Assembly: GCA_038116985.1 (NCBI GenBank)
Contig: JAYOEZ010000007.1
Coordinates: forward strand, 624-64,623
Length of the DNA: 64,000 bases
From: Alphaproteobacteria bacterium
GTDB taxonomy: Bacteria > Pseudomonadota > Alphaproteobacteria > SHVP01
Direction: 5' to 3'
Shown: piece by piece, positions 1 to 9,461 of the stretch
Position numbering within the stretch: the first letter of the stretch is position 1
How the letters are laid out: each line of letters starts with the position of its first letter
Notes under the pieces: generated by a model
The model's database searches: none
Seen by the model: the letters and a program-made list of their open reading frames with translations, nothing else
Told to the model about the DNA's origin: nothing
Translations under genes and position numbers: made by a program

Positions 1-28
1 CGAACAGAAGGAAGCCGCCGGGGCCTCG

Positions 29-949
29 GTGCCGGACAGCTATCTTGAGTACGAACACCGTTCCTACGGCATGGATCATGACCGCTATGACTGGTCGCTT
101 CTGGTCCGCCGCAAGCCGGTCAAATGGCCCAACGACGCCCGCATCGCGCTGTGGGTCAACGTGGCTTTCGAGTTCTTCCCGCTCGACACGCCTGCCAAGC
201 CCTTCAAGGCGCTCGGCGGCATGGTCACGTCGTATCCCGACCTGCGGCATTTCTCGTTGCGCGACTACGGTAATCGCGTCGGAATCTTCCGCGTCATGGA
301 CGCCCTTGAGGCGGCAGGAATTTCCAAGGCGACTGCGGCGTTCAACTCCAAGGTGGCGCAGCGCTACCCCTACCTCGTGGACCAGGTGAACCAGAAGGGC
401 TGGGAAGTCATGGCCTACGGCGTAGATATGGCCAAGTTGCACTACACCGGCCTACCGGCCGATCAGGAGCAGGCCCAGGTCAAGGAATCGTTCTCGGTCC
501 TGCGCGAGATGTCGGGTCAGCCCGTCAAGGGCTGGTGGTCTCCGGCACGTTCGGAGTCATGGGATACGCCGGACTACGTCGCCGCAGAGGGAGCCGAGTA
601 CTTCTGCGACTGGATCAACGACGACATGCCCTATCCGTTCCGGACGAAGTCCGGCGAGATGGTGGCCATGCCGCATCAGCATTGGATCGACGATGCGATG
701 GTGTGGTTGCACTACAAGCACAAGGAGCAGGACTTCGTCGACCAGGTGAAGGACCAGTTCGACCTACTCTACAACGAGGCGGGAAGCCAGGGCGGTCGCG
801 TTATGGCGATCACCATCCACCCCTGGATGTCCGGCCAGCCGCACCGCATCAAGTATCTCGAAGAGGCGCTCAACTACATCGGCAAGCACGACGGCGTTTG
901 GAACGCAACGGGCTACGAGATCATGCAGGAGTGGAAGAATCAGCAATAG
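29..949 (+). CDS. polysaccharide deacetylase / PuuE-like deacetylase family protein (306 aa)
   Basis: Long ORF with GTG start and GAAGGAAG upstream. Deacetylase-like strings IALWVNVAFEFF and MAITIHPWMSG. Two hairpins follow the stop. Confidence 0.7.
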   Translation: MPDSYLEYEHRSYGMDHDRYDWSLLVRRKPVKWPNDARIALWVNVAFEFFPLDTPAKPFKALGGMVTSYPDLRHFSLRDYGNRVGIFRVMDALEAAGISKATAAFNSKVAQRYPYLVDQVNQKGWEVMAYGVDMAKLHYTGLPADQEQAQVKESFSVLREMSGQPVKGWWSPARSESWDTPDYVAAEGAEYFCDWINDDMPYPFRTKSGEMVAMPHQHWIDDAMVWLHYKHKEQDFVDQVKDQFDLLYNEAGSQGGRVMAITIHPWMSGQPHRIKYLEEALNYIGKHDGVWNATGYEIMQEWKNQQ

Positions 950-977
950 AAGCCGCACGGTCGGCTTGAGATCGGTC

Positions 978-992
978 CCGCCCAAAGGGCGG
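978..992 (+). terminator. small hairpin CCGCCC-AAA-GGGCGG after the deacetylase gene
   Basis: Perfect 6-bp GC stem with a 3-nt loop, 29 nt after the stop at 949, followed by TTCC. The U-tract is weak. Confidence 0.35.
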
Positions 993-1005
993 TTCCGGAT
1001 CGCAA

Positions 1006-1040
1006 ACAAAAAAAGAAGGGCGCCCAATGGGCGCCCTTCT
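1006..1040 (-). terminator. intrinsic terminator for the minus-strand methyltransferase gene
   Basis: 11-12-bp stem AGAAGGGCGCC(C)/(G)GGCGCCCTTCT at 1014..1040. On the minus strand it is followed by the complement of AAAAAAA (1008..1014), which supplies a U-tract. It lies 20 nt past the stop at 1060. Confidence 0.7.
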
Positions 1041-1059
1041 TGTTGGTCAGGGCCCATGC

Positions 1060-2220
1060 CTACTTGGTGGCCGCGTAGATGAACCACTTCGCCGGGCTCG
1101 GGTTGTAGGTGTTCTCGTCGGTCGGACGAATACCGCCAGCCATCGTCTGAACGACGTTGCCCTTCTTGAAGCCGGCGCGCACGGCGACATCCTCGAGGTC
1201 CATGTCGTGCATGCGGCCCCAAAACGGCTCGTTGTTGTTGTGGGTATCCCAGTCCTTCATGAGCTGGTCGAACGGGTCGTCGATCATCTCGAACGGCGGT
1301 TGCTCGACATGCAGCATCAGCCCGCCCGGCTTCAGTAGCCGGTAGTTTTCCTTGACGATGTTGTGGACCGCCTTGTTCGACGTCTCATGCAGGAACATCG
1401 TCGACAGCACCATGTCGAAGGACTCGTCCTCGTACTTGGTGTGTTCGGCATTCTGCTGTGAGAACGTAACGCCGTAACCGAGGCTCTCCGCGCGCCGATG
1501 CGCATAGCGCAGGCACGGACCGCCGATGTCGATGCCGATCACCTCCGCGTCCGGCCAGGCGTCCTTGTAGGGCAGCGTGTTCGCGCCGACCGTACAGCCC
1601 TGATCTAGAATCCGCTTCGGCTTGAGATGCGGATAGTTCTCCTTGATCCAGGTTGCCACCGCGTAGCCGGCACCGTTGTTGTACTTGCCCAGCATCCCGT
1701 TCGTCGAAATGTACAGGCCGCCGAGGTCGTACATCGCGCCGGCGGCGACGTCGTCGTCGGTGAAATCGGTGAAGAAGCTGCCCGGCATCCAGTGCATGTC
1801 GAACGGCTTCTGATACTTCGGCACCTCGAAGTCGGGATCGATCTCGACGCTGCCTTTGTCCTCGCGCCGCGGCTTCGCCCGCGCGATCAGATCGTCGAGG
1901 TTGCGCTCGACGATCTTGCGGCGTTCGTCGTAGGTGTTCTCCTGCGCGAATACACGCAGCATGCTCCACATCTGGAAGTAATCCTCGTCGAGCATCGCCT
2001 TGCGCACTTCGTGGCGATTCTTGGGCGCGCGGCCGTGCGACTTGACGAAGCCGGGGACCACCTTGTTTTCGTAGAGCTTGCGGTGGCCCGGCACGATCTC
2101 GGAGTTCATGTGTCGGAAAAGGTTCATGGCGAAGTCGAGACGGGCCTCGTCGTCATGCGTCGTGTCGGACGACATGCCGTGTTTGCCGAAACCCCGGAAA
2201 GTCGCATCAGTTTGCGTCAT
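1060..2220 (-). CDS. class I SAM-dependent methyltransferase with ~190-aa N-terminal domain (paralog 1 of 3)
   Basis: 386 aa. MTase motifs ILDQGCTVG, AEVIGIDIGGP, YEDESFDMVLSTMFLHE and LLKPGGLMLH. N-terminal domain contains HWMPGSFFTDFTDDDVAAGAMYD. Clear paralog of 11772..12884 and 21805..22998. Confidence 0.85.
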   Translation of the reverse strand: MTQTDATFRGFGKHGMSSDTTHDDEARLDFAMNLFRHMNSEIVPGHRKLYENKVVPGFVKSHGRAPKNRHEVRKAMLDEDYFQMWSMLRVFAQENTYDERRKIVERNLDDLIARAKPRREDKGSVEIDPDFEVPKYQKPFDMHWMPGSFFTDFTDDDVAAGAMYDLGGLYISTNGMLGKYNNGAGYAVATWIKENYPHLKPKRILDQGCTVGANTLPYKDAWPDAEVIGIDIGGPCLRYAHRRAESLGYGVTFSQQNAEHTKYEDESFDMVLSTMFLHETSNKAVHNIVKENYRLLKPGGLMLHVEQPPFEMIDDPFDQLMKDWDTHNNNEPFWGRMHDMDLEDVAVRAGFKKGNVVQTMAGGIRPTDENTYNPSPAKWFIYAATK

Positions 2221-2348
2221 CGTCGCTGCTCCTCGGTCGAACCGATGTGGATCGTCAATATATCATGCCCCATAGGCCACCCGACCAGCCCGTTGGGGGC
2301 GCCCGGAATGTGGGCATTCCACCGGGGGCATCGGTCGCGAACCCTGAC

Positions 2349-3542
2349 CTAGGTCAATTTTCGCTGGTTCTGCGGCGCAATGTCGCGCTCGACTAGCCCT
2401 CTGATCTCCGTCTCTGAGAACCCGAATTCCTGAAGAATTTCAGTGGCTTGGGCTGCGAAGGCGGGTGGTTCCGTGGCCGGGCCCGCCGGCGTCCGGCCGA
2501 ACTTGATCGGCGGCCCGATCGTCCGAATGCGTCCGGCGTCGACGACCATGCCACGGTGCGCCGTGTGGGGGTGTTGCATTGCGTCCGGCACCGACTGGAC
2601 GGCTCCGGCCGGAATGCCGGCAGTCATCAGGCGTCTGGCCAGATCCTGACCGTCCTGCGCCGACAGAGGGCCCTCCAGCGCGTCGCGCAGCGCGTCCTGA
2701 TGGTTCAGGCGGTCGGCATTGGTCGCGAATCTTGGATCGTCGGCAATCTCAGGCTTGCCGATCTCCGCGCAAAGGCGGCGGAACTGACGGTCGTTGCCGA
2801 CGGCGAGGAACAGCTTGTGGCCGGCTGTCGGAAACAGGTCGTAGGGCGCGATGTTGGGGCTGCGGTTGCCCATCATGCGGGGCGGATTGCCCGACATGAA
2901 CCAGTTGTGGGGATACGGCAGCAGGATCGAGAGCGCGGCGTCGTAGAGCGTCACCTCGAGGAACTGTCCCTTGCCTGACCGGTGTCGTTCCTCCACTGCC
3001 ATCAGGATTCCGATGGCCATGTTGAGGCCCGTGACCATGTCAACGATGGAGACCCCTACGCGCACAGGACCGGTTTCCGGGTCGCCATTGACGCTCAGCA
3101 AACCCGACCACGCCTGAACCGCGCCGTCGTAGCCCGGCATGCCGCCGAGCGGGCCGTCGCTGCCGAAGCCGGTGATGCGCGCGTGCACGAGCCTCGGAAA
3201 GCGCGCCTGCAGGACGTCCGGCCCGATGCCCCATCTCTCCATCGTGCCGACTTTGAAGTTCTCCAACACGATGTCGGCGTTCTCGAGCATGCGCATCAGG
3301 ACTTCGCGGCCCTCGTCCTTCGAGAGGTCGAGCGCGATGCTCCGCTTGTTCCGGTTCAGGCTCGCGAAGTACGCGCTCAGACCGTGCACGAACGGCGGCC
3401 CCCATTCGCGTGTCTCGTCTCCCTGCGGCGGCTCGACCTTGACGATGTCGGCCCCGTGATCCGCCAGCATCTGGCTGCAATAGGGACCGCCCAGCACCCG
3501 CGACAAGTCGATGACCTTGAGGCCTTCGAGCGCGCGCGTCAT
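2349..3542 (-). CDS. family III CoA-transferase (CaiB/BaiF type)
   Basis: 397 aa. N-terminus LEGLKVIDLSRVLGGPYCSQMLADHGADIVKVEPP is typical of family III CoA-transferases. 4-nt overlap with the upstream gene. Confidence 0.85.
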   Translation of the reverse strand: MTRALEGLKVIDLSRVLGGPYCSQMLADHGADIVKVEPPQGDETREWGPPFVHGLSAYFASLNRNKRSIALDLSKDEGREVLMRMLENADIVLENFKVGTMERWGIGPDVLQARFPRLVHARITGFGSDGPLGGMPGYDGAVQAWSGLLSVNGDPETGPVRVGVSIVDMVTGLNMAIGILMAVEERHRSGKGQFLEVTLYDAALSILLPYPHNWFMSGNPPRMMGNRSPNIAPYDLFPTAGHKLFLAVGNDRQFRRLCAEIGKPEIADDPRFATNADRLNHQDALRDALEGPLSAQDGQDLARRLMTAGIPAGAVQSVPDAMQHPHTAHRGMVVDAGRIRTIGPPIKFGRTPAGPATEPPAFAAQATEILQEFGFSETEIRGLVERDIAPQNQRKLT

Positions 3543-4273
3543 ACCGCAACACCCAAGGTACGGCGTGCGAAGTCCGGATAGGTCATACTGATTTCCTTGC
3601 CGATGGTCCCGCGGATGAGGGAGAGGGTGGTTTCGTCGGGCGGCGGTGTATCGATCACCTCATTCTCCTCGTCGAAGTCGAAGCCCGTCGCGTCGCGGAC
3701 TTCCTCAGGCGTGGCCCCGCCGTGGACCGAAACCAGTCGAAAGCGCCCGCGATCCCGGTTGAACATGAACACTGCCTTGCCGGTCACCAGGGCGTAGGGA
3801 CCGCCGCGCCGCCACACACCCGGCGGGCTGGTTCCCGCGGCGCTGACGAAGTCTACCTTGGGGACAAGCACGCGCGGATCGTGGTCCGGCCGGAACAGGA
3901 TGATCTTGGGCACCATGTAGTAGAGAAACGCCGACCCATAGCTGCCGCCGAACCGCACCTTGGCGCGGGGATGATCGCCAATGCCCACCAGGTTGATGTT
4001 GCCCTGTCCGTCGATCTGCGCACCCGAGAAGAAGAAGGCGTCCACACGTCCCTGCGCGGCGCAATCGAACAGTTCCTTGCCGCCATCCGACCAGAACGTG
4101 TTGCTCGGATCGCCCAGGATCGACACGCGCAGCGCACCACCCGAGCGGTGCTTGGCGAGGAGGGCCGCAGACGCGGGTAGCGGCGACGAGACGCCGACGG
4201 CGATGTGCCGTGCGTCCGCCAGCATTTCAGCGATCCTGGCGATCAGCAGTTCTTCGATGCTGAACGCGCTCAA
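3539..4273 (-). CDS. class I CoA-transferase, beta-subunit-like
   Basis: 244 aa. SGAQIDGQGNINLVGIG resembles the beta-subunit signature of glutaconate/3-oxoacid CoA-transferases. 4-nt overlaps on both sides. Confidence 0.7.
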   Translation of the reverse strand: MSAFSIEELLIARIAEMLADARHIAVGVSSPLPASAALLAKHRSGGALRVSILGDPSNTFWSDGGKELFDCAAQGRVDAFFFSGAQIDGQGNINLVGIGDHPRAKVRFGGSYGSAFLYYMVPKIILFRPDHDPRVLVPKVDFVSAAGTSPPGVWRRGGPYALVTGKAVFMFNRDRGRFRLVSVHGGATPEEVRDATGFDFDEENEVIDTPPPDETTLSLIRGTIGKEISMTYPDFARRTLGVAV

Positions 4274-5136
4274 GGCCCGGTCCCGGCAAGAACGCGCTGC
4301 GCCAGATAGGTTCGGAATCCCTCTTCAGTGCGCGCGGCCGTCGCATAGGCGCGCAGCGCCTCGACGTCGCCTTCGTAGTGGCCGGCGAAACTGAGGGGCA
4401 GGCTCCCTTGCGGACAGGGAGCGATTGCAGACACGTAGAACGACGACAACGTCCCTGCCGCGAGCGCGGGGTCGGCGAACAGATTGCCGTCGTAGCGTTC
4501 CTCCACGCTCACCAATGTCGTAGCGGCGGCATGGGCCATGGTCACAAGATCGCGCTCACGACCGACCCACACGTTGCCCTCATCGTCCGCCATCTGGCAG
4601 TGAAACAACGCGATGTCGGGTGCGATGGCCGGGATCACCACCAGCGGGTCGCCGCCGTCGCCCAGCGGATTGTCGATCGTCCGCCAGTCGTGACGCACGC
4701 GTACGATGTCCGATCCCAGAATGCCGCGGAGCGGCATGAAGGGCGCACCCTTCTCGCTTGCCTGCAGCCCGGCATGAATGGCGGGGCAGGTCGCTTCCTT
4801 GATCGCGAGGCTGCCTGACGTCACGGCTGCGGCGAAACGCGGCGCGGGACCATACTCGCCGAGCGACACGCCGGAAGTCTCGAGTTCCACGGCGCAGCCG
4901 GCGCCAATCAGGAGGTCGGTCTGCATGCCGCCCGTCGGCATATTGACTAGCCGCAGATCGCGCGCCTTCCGTCGGATCAGGGCGTATGTCACCGCCATAG
5001 CGATGCCACAACCGTCGCGAATCAGGGCGACGCGCGCGCCGTCGGGGATGCGCTCGGCCAGGTCTTCAACGGTAGTCCAGATGGTCACGGCGATGATGTT
5101 GCCCAAGTCTTGTCGGAGGGCGGCAGGATAGCGCAT
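4270..5136 (-). CDS. class I CoA-transferase, alpha-subunit-like
   Basis: The ORF extends to 5241, but ATG at 5136 (MRYPAAL...) avoids overlap with the divergent gene at 5223. Strings IPDGARVAL and ELETSGVSLGEYGPAPRF are consistent with an alpha subunit. The exact start is uncertain. Confidence 0.65.
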   Translation of the reverse strand: MRYPAALRQDLGNIIAVTIWTTVEDLAERIPDGARVALIRDGCGIAMAVTYALIRRKARDLRLVNMPTGGMQTDLLIGAGCAVELETSGVSLGEYGPAPRFAAAVTSGSLAIKEATCPAIHAGLQASEKGAPFMPLRGILGSDIVRVRHDWRTIDNPLGDGGDPLVVIPAIAPDIALFHCQMADDEGNVWVGRERDLVTMAHAAATTLVSVEERYDGNLFADPALAAGTLSSFYVSAIAPCPQGSLPLSFAGHYEGDVEALRAYATAARTEEGFRTYLAQRVLAGTGP

Positions 5137-5222
5137 CGGCGCACGCTTGGCGTCCCGGCAGCCCTGAAGCGTTAACCGCCTCTTTACCTTCAGGGAGCGA
5201 GCATGGCCGCGGAGGTGCGCCC

Positions 5223-6242
5223 ATGCAAAATGCGCTGGCACATGCCGAGTCCGACCAGGACATAGCCGACATCATTCGTGCGATCCCGCAGTCGGTGGGC
5301 TATCGGCGCAAGTGCCTTGAATACGGGAATCTAGAGACGCGTTCTCTCATGCCGCGACCGGCCCTGGCGTTTCTTCACGAACTGATCGAGGTCACCGGCG
5401 CCGAATCGGTCCTCGAAATCGGGACTTACTTTGCCGGCGCCACCAAGGTGCTTGCCTCGGCCGTCCAGGGACGCGGCATAGTGTTGAGCATTGATAGCAA
5501 CAGCGCGCGCGCACCATATGTGGAGCGCGAAATCGCGAGCTGGCCCGAACCGCTACGTGAAGCGACGATGTTTCTGCCGTATAGCGCCGCCGACCTGTTC
5601 GCGACGTTCCAGCGCAAGGAAGAATTCTGGTTCGACCTCTGCATCGTCGACGGTGACCATCGTCATACCGCCGCTCTTGCCGATCTTCTCAATGCGGCGC
5701 GGTTCGCCGGTCCCAGCGCGGTCATTCTGGTGGACGATTCGACACAGCCGCCCGTGTTCAAGGCGGTGCAGGATTTTCTCCGCCTCGCCCCGGAATGGCG
5801 TGAGGTGGGCGGGGCGATTGCAGGATACGACGAGGCTGAAGCGTTGGACACGATGCGTCCTTCGTTCGACGGTTTGCCGTTCCTTGTTCTTGTCGGGCCG
5901 GACCATCCGGAAATCGGTGCGAGGCCCCATGCAGTGGGACGTGAAGTCCTCGGGCCGGTGACAGGGATGTTTCTGGATCTCGCCGAACCGGCGCCGGGCG
6001 GTCGACTGCAGACGCGAATCTCCCTGTCGTACATTGCCGACGAGAAACCCCAGCTCGTGTCGGCAGACGTCGCGATCGAGGTTCCCGCTGGCGCTCGTCG
6101 AGTCGCGGTCCTGCTCAAGGCGCCTCTCGTGCCCCAGGGACCGGGTCGTGTCGATGCCTTCCTGTTTTGGCATGGGGACATCGTTGGCACGACGTTGTCG
6201 CTGGCGTCCCCGCCGTCGATCCTGACTGCGCCGCTCAATTGA
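5223..6242 (+). CDS. class I SAM-dependent methyltransferase (O-MTase family 3 / Methyltransf_24-like) with C-terminal extension
   Basis: 339 aa. SVLEIGTYFAGATKVLA (SAM-binding loop), VLSIDSN, IVDGDHRHT and VILVDD. About 120 extra C-terminal residues are unassigned. Confidence 0.7.
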   Translation: MQNALAHAESDQDIADIIRAIPQSVGYRRKCLEYGNLETRSLMPRPALAFLHELIEVTGAESVLEIGTYFAGATKVLASAVQGRGIVLSIDSNSARAPYVEREIASWPEPLREATMFLPYSAADLFATFQRKEEFWFDLCIVDGDHRHTAALADLLNAARFAGPSAVILVDDSTQPPVFKAVQDFLRLAPEWREVGGAIAGYDEAEALDTMRPSFDGLPFLVLVGPDHPEIGARPHAVGREVLGPVTGMFLDLAEPAPGGRLQTRISLSYIADEKPQLVSADVAIEVPAGARRVAVLLKAPLVPQGPGRVDAFLFWHGDIVGTTLSLASPPSILTAPLN

Positions 6243-6264
6243 GCGGCTTCTTTGGCGGCAAGTC

Positions 6265-6762
6265 CTAGGATTCGTCCGCCGCAAGCGAATCCGGCGGTGG
6301 CCTTCGTGCCAGCCGGTGCGTGGCGATCGCCGATAGAATGACCGCGCCGGCGAAACAAATGATCCCGAGTCCTACATCGGCCCGGTTCACCAAGCTTCCC
6401 TCAAGCACCAGGATCGTGACGGCGACGACCAGAACGTCCAGCATCGACCACCGCGAAATGCGGTCGAACAGGCGGACCACGCCGGGGGCCCAGCCGTGCG
6501 CCGGTCCAACCAGCCAGGCGAACAATCCGACGGCGATCTTCAACGCCGGCAAGAGAATGGTGAACAGTCCGACGAGCAAGAACAGGAAGTAGTCGCCACT
6601 GTCAAAAAAGGCGCGGACGCCGTCGACCAGGGAGTACTCGCGCTCGAACACTGCCAGGCTGGTGACCGATATCGCGGGCATGGCCAGGCCCGCCGCCAGC
6701 AGTGGTGCGGCGGTCAGTAGGATGATCCCCGTGATCCAGTCACGTCGCATGGGCATTGTCAT
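6265..6762 (-). CDS. integral membrane protein, PqiA (paraquat-inducible A)-like
   Basis: 165 aa with 4 predicted TM segments. DGVRAFFDSGDYFLFLLVGLFTILLPALKI resembles the PqiA repeat core. The family assignment is tentative. Confidence 0.5.
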   Translation of the reverse strand: MTMPMRRDWITGIILLTAAPLLAAGLAMPAISVTSLAVFEREYSLVDGVRAFFDSGDYFLFLLVGLFTILLPALKIAVGLFAWLVGPAHGWAPGVVRLFDRISRWSMLDVLVVAVTILVLEGSLVNRADVGLGIICFAGAVILSAIATHRLARRPPPDSLAADES

Positions 6763-6809
6763 CGCGCATGATGGTGCCAGAGCGGTTGCCCGGCGTCACC
6801 GCCGCATCC

Positions 6810-8387
6810 CTAGTCAAACCCGAGCGCGCCGGGATTCATGAGATTGCGCGGATCGAGCGCCTTCTTCGCCGCGCCCAGCAGCGCGTAGGTCTCCGGGTCG
6901 CGCGTGCGCCGGTAAGGATACTGACGGGCGATCTGGAAGTGGGCCGCGCCGAACTCCGGCGCCAGTTCTGCGATGCCCTGCCGCAACGTGCGGACCGCCT
7001 CGTGCGCGTCAGGATTCGAGGCCTGAGCCGGCAGGTCGTCCAGATAGTCGCGATCGAAGAAACTGCGCCGCAGCACGTTGGGGGCATCCGGGAAGAAGAA
7101 GCAGGGTTCGATGCGCAACGCCTGGGTGCTCGCTGGCACGATGAAATTGCCCCACTCAATGCCGTGCCGGTCCAGCACATCCTGCCTGGACGCGAGGAAC
7201 GCCTCGACCGCCGCAACGAAGGCGAGCGCCCGGGAGTGCGGCACGATGGCATGCACAGGTACCCACTGCTTGCCGTCCTTGTTGAACAGTAACGTCGGGA
7301 GGGGGAACGGTCCGGCTCGCACAAGCCGCGGAATGCTTGCTTCCATCTCGCTGCCCAGGCGCCGGCAGATCTCGCGCGCTTCCTCGGCCTTGATCCGCGC
7401 TTCGGTTTCGTTGCGCCCGTCCACGGTGAAGTGAATCGAGTAGGCGATGTTCCTGAACGCGTGACGTCCGGCCAGCGCGACACGCGCTGCGTCGCGAATG
7501 CCGTCGAGCAGGTTTGCCCCCGAGCGGACGACCTGGCCCAGTTTCTTCACGTCGTCCGCGAGGCTCTGCTTGCGGATCATGTAGGCCAGGAGGAGCGCGT
7601 CGTAGCTTGAGCATTCGCTGGTCAGACCGCGCCGGGCCAGTTCACTCATTGCGCCGCACAGGCCGCCCACGTCGGGGAACGAGAACGACGCGTACTCCGT
7701 CGCCGGGGCGCGCCGAACGAGCCGGAGCGTTGCCGTTGCCTTGACGCCGAGCGCGCCGGTGTCGGCGAGAAACAAGCCCGTCAGATCCGGTCCGTAGGTG
7801 CGCAGGAAGGGCGATGGTTCGAAAGGCGTGGCGGCGGAGCCGGTGCTCATCAGCGAGCCGTCCGCCAGCGCGACCCGAAGTCCGAGGACGGAGTCCACCG
7901 CCGGGCCGTAGGTTCCCGATCCGTAGTTGATCGCGTTCTGTGACAGCGTGCCGCCGACGGTCGCGTATTTGCCGGATCCGGTCCCCCAGAACGGCGTCCT
8001 TACGCCGTGCGGGGCGAGGGCCGCGTCGAGTGCTTCCCAGGTGATCCCGCACTCGACGGTGACGAACATGTCCTCGGTGTTGATCTCGACGATCGCGTCG
8101 AGGCGGCGCGTATCCACCAGCACGGAGCCGGCGCCGCCCAGATAGCCTCGGGTGTAGGACATCCCTCCGCCGCGAGGCGCCACGGCGAGCCCGGCGGTGG
8201 TGGCGATGCCGACTGCCGCTGCCAGTTCCGTTGGGGTCCCGGGCGCAACGACCAGATCGCATGGCTCGCCTGCATAGAAAATGTCGGTCGAGAAGAACCG
8301 TCGCGTCGCCTCATCGACATGGACGTGATCGTTGCCCAGCGCTTGCCGCAGGCTATCCGCACAGCCTTCGGCCGGGGTCCGGGTCAT
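6810..8387 (-). CDS. FAD-binding oxidoreductase (PCMH-type FAD domain, GlcD/FAD-linked oxidase family)
   Basis: 525 aa. N-terminal FAD-binding region (VVAPGTPTELAAAVGIATTAGLAVAPRGGGMSY) and C-terminus ...LDPRNLMNPGALGF, typical of FAD-linked oxidases. Confidence 0.8.
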   Translation of the reverse strand: MTRTPAEGCADSLRQALGNDHVHVDEATRRFFSTDIFYAGEPCDLVVAPGTPTELAAAVGIATTAGLAVAPRGGGMSYTRGYLGGAGSVLVDTRRLDAIVEINTEDMFVTVECGITWEALDAALAPHGVRTPFWGTGSGKYATVGGTLSQNAINYGSGTYGPAVDSVLGLRVALADGSLMSTGSAATPFEPSPFLRTYGPDLTGLFLADTGALGVKATATLRLVRRAPATEYASFSFPDVGGLCGAMSELARRGLTSECSSYDALLLAYMIRKQSLADDVKKLGQVVRSGANLLDGIRDAARVALAGRHAFRNIAYSIHFTVDGRNETEARIKAEEAREICRRLGSEMEASIPRLVRAGPFPLPTLLFNKDGKQWVPVHAIVPHSRALAFVAAVEAFLASRQDVLDRHGIEWGNFIVPASTQALRIEPCFFFPDAPNVLRRSFFDRDYLDDLPAQASNPDAHEAVRTLRQGIAELAPEFGAAHFQIARQYPYRRTRDPETYALLGAAKKALDPRNLMNPGALGFD

Positions 8388-8524
8388 ATCGCCACCTGCG
8401 CACGATAAACGGGCAGTCTCACGGTGCGTTCAACCAAGGGGTTATTGAGGCGAATCAAGGATTTATTCCTCGAAAATTCGAATGATTATACCATGATGCG
8501 AGTGCGGCACATGAGGAGTTTAGT

Positions 8525-9055
8525 ATGAGCAGAAGAAATCTGCGGCGCGCGGCAGTGGCACTGTCCGCAGCAAGCCTTTTCGCGGGCGGTGCAGCGCTCG
8601 CGGCGACCTCCGGCCAGCTGACCCTGACCGGCACGGTCCAGCAGATCCTGGCTATCACGGTCACGCCGACGGCGTCCGCTTCCGGCCTCGATCTCACCGG
8701 TTCGGTGACCCAGCTCAAAGTGGCCACGGTTGTCGCCGAAGCGAACAACCCGACGGGTTATTCGGTTTCGGTCAGTTCGCTCAACCAGGGCAACAGCGAT
8801 TGCGGCTCGGCCAACGGCCCCTGCTTCCACAGCCCGACGGCGACCACCAACGATGACCTGGCGTTCAGCCTCCTTCGCAACGCGGTGGCCGTGTCCTTCA
8901 CGGGCGATACCGGCACGTTCATTTCCAGTTCTGCCCGGACAGCGGTGGGCGGCGACAGCTACGACGCCAACATCACCTACGACGGCACCTCGGCGAATCT
9001 GGATCAGGCGACGGACTACACCGAAACCCTGACCTTCACGATCTCCGAGTCCTGA
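8525..9055 (+). CDS. secreted beta-rich protein of unknown function (pilin/fimbrial-subunit-like composition)
   Basis: 176 aa. Signal peptide ...LFAGGAALAATSG, GAGGAG RBS, Thr/Ser/Val-rich alternating strands, own terminator. No chaperone or usher genes nearby. Confidence 0.6.
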   Translation: MSRRNLRRAAVALSAASLFAGGAALAATSGQLTLTGTVQQILAITVTPTASASGLDLTGSVTQLKVATVVAEANNPTGYSVSVSSLNQGNSDCGSANGPCFHSPTATTNDDLAFSLLRNAVAVSFTGDTGTFISSSARTAVGGDSYDANITYDGTSANLDQATDYTETLTFTISES

Positions 9056-9082
9056 TTTCTCGCGCCCGGCGCGGTGATCTTG

Positions 9083-9108
9083 AAGGCCCCGCTTTGGCGG
9101 GGCCTTTT
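9083..9108 (+). terminator. intrinsic terminator after the secreted-protein gene
   Basis: AAGGCCCCGC-TTTG-GCGGGGCCTT hairpin followed by TTTTC, 28 nt after the stop at 9055. Confidence 0.75.
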
Positions 9109-9115
9109 CATTTGG

Positions 9116-9433
9116 TCATCTGCTGAACTTCGTGCCGCGATCCGGGCCGAACAGACAGTCGCACTCGTTCTCGAAGGCGAAGACGCTCAAGGCCGCGACT
9201 CCGATGGCCAGCGCGATGTTACGCCGGTTGGTCGCGGTCTGCTTGTCGTAGAACGCCACGCACTCTCCGAAGATCGAGTCGTTCTCGCGATACCCCTGGC
9301 TTAGGCACTTCTGGACGCTGCTGACCCGCGGCTGCCCCATTCCGAAGGGATTGAACGAAATCTTGGTCCCACTTGTGCAAGCTGCGACGAGCAGCGCACA
9401 CAGCGCAACGATGATGAGGCGGCTGTGAAACAA
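9116..9433 (-). CDS. small Cys-containing lipoprotein
   Basis: 105 aa. Signal peptide with lipobox LLVAAC, plus 5 further cysteines. Confidence 0.6.
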   Translation of the reverse strand: MFHSRLIIVALCALLVAACTSGTKISFNPFGMGQPRVSSVQKCLSQGYRENDSIFGECVAFYDKQTATNRRNIALAIGVAALSVFAFENECDCLFGPDRGTKFSR

Positions 9434-9461
9434 GGCCGTAACCCGTGCCGGGAACGATACG

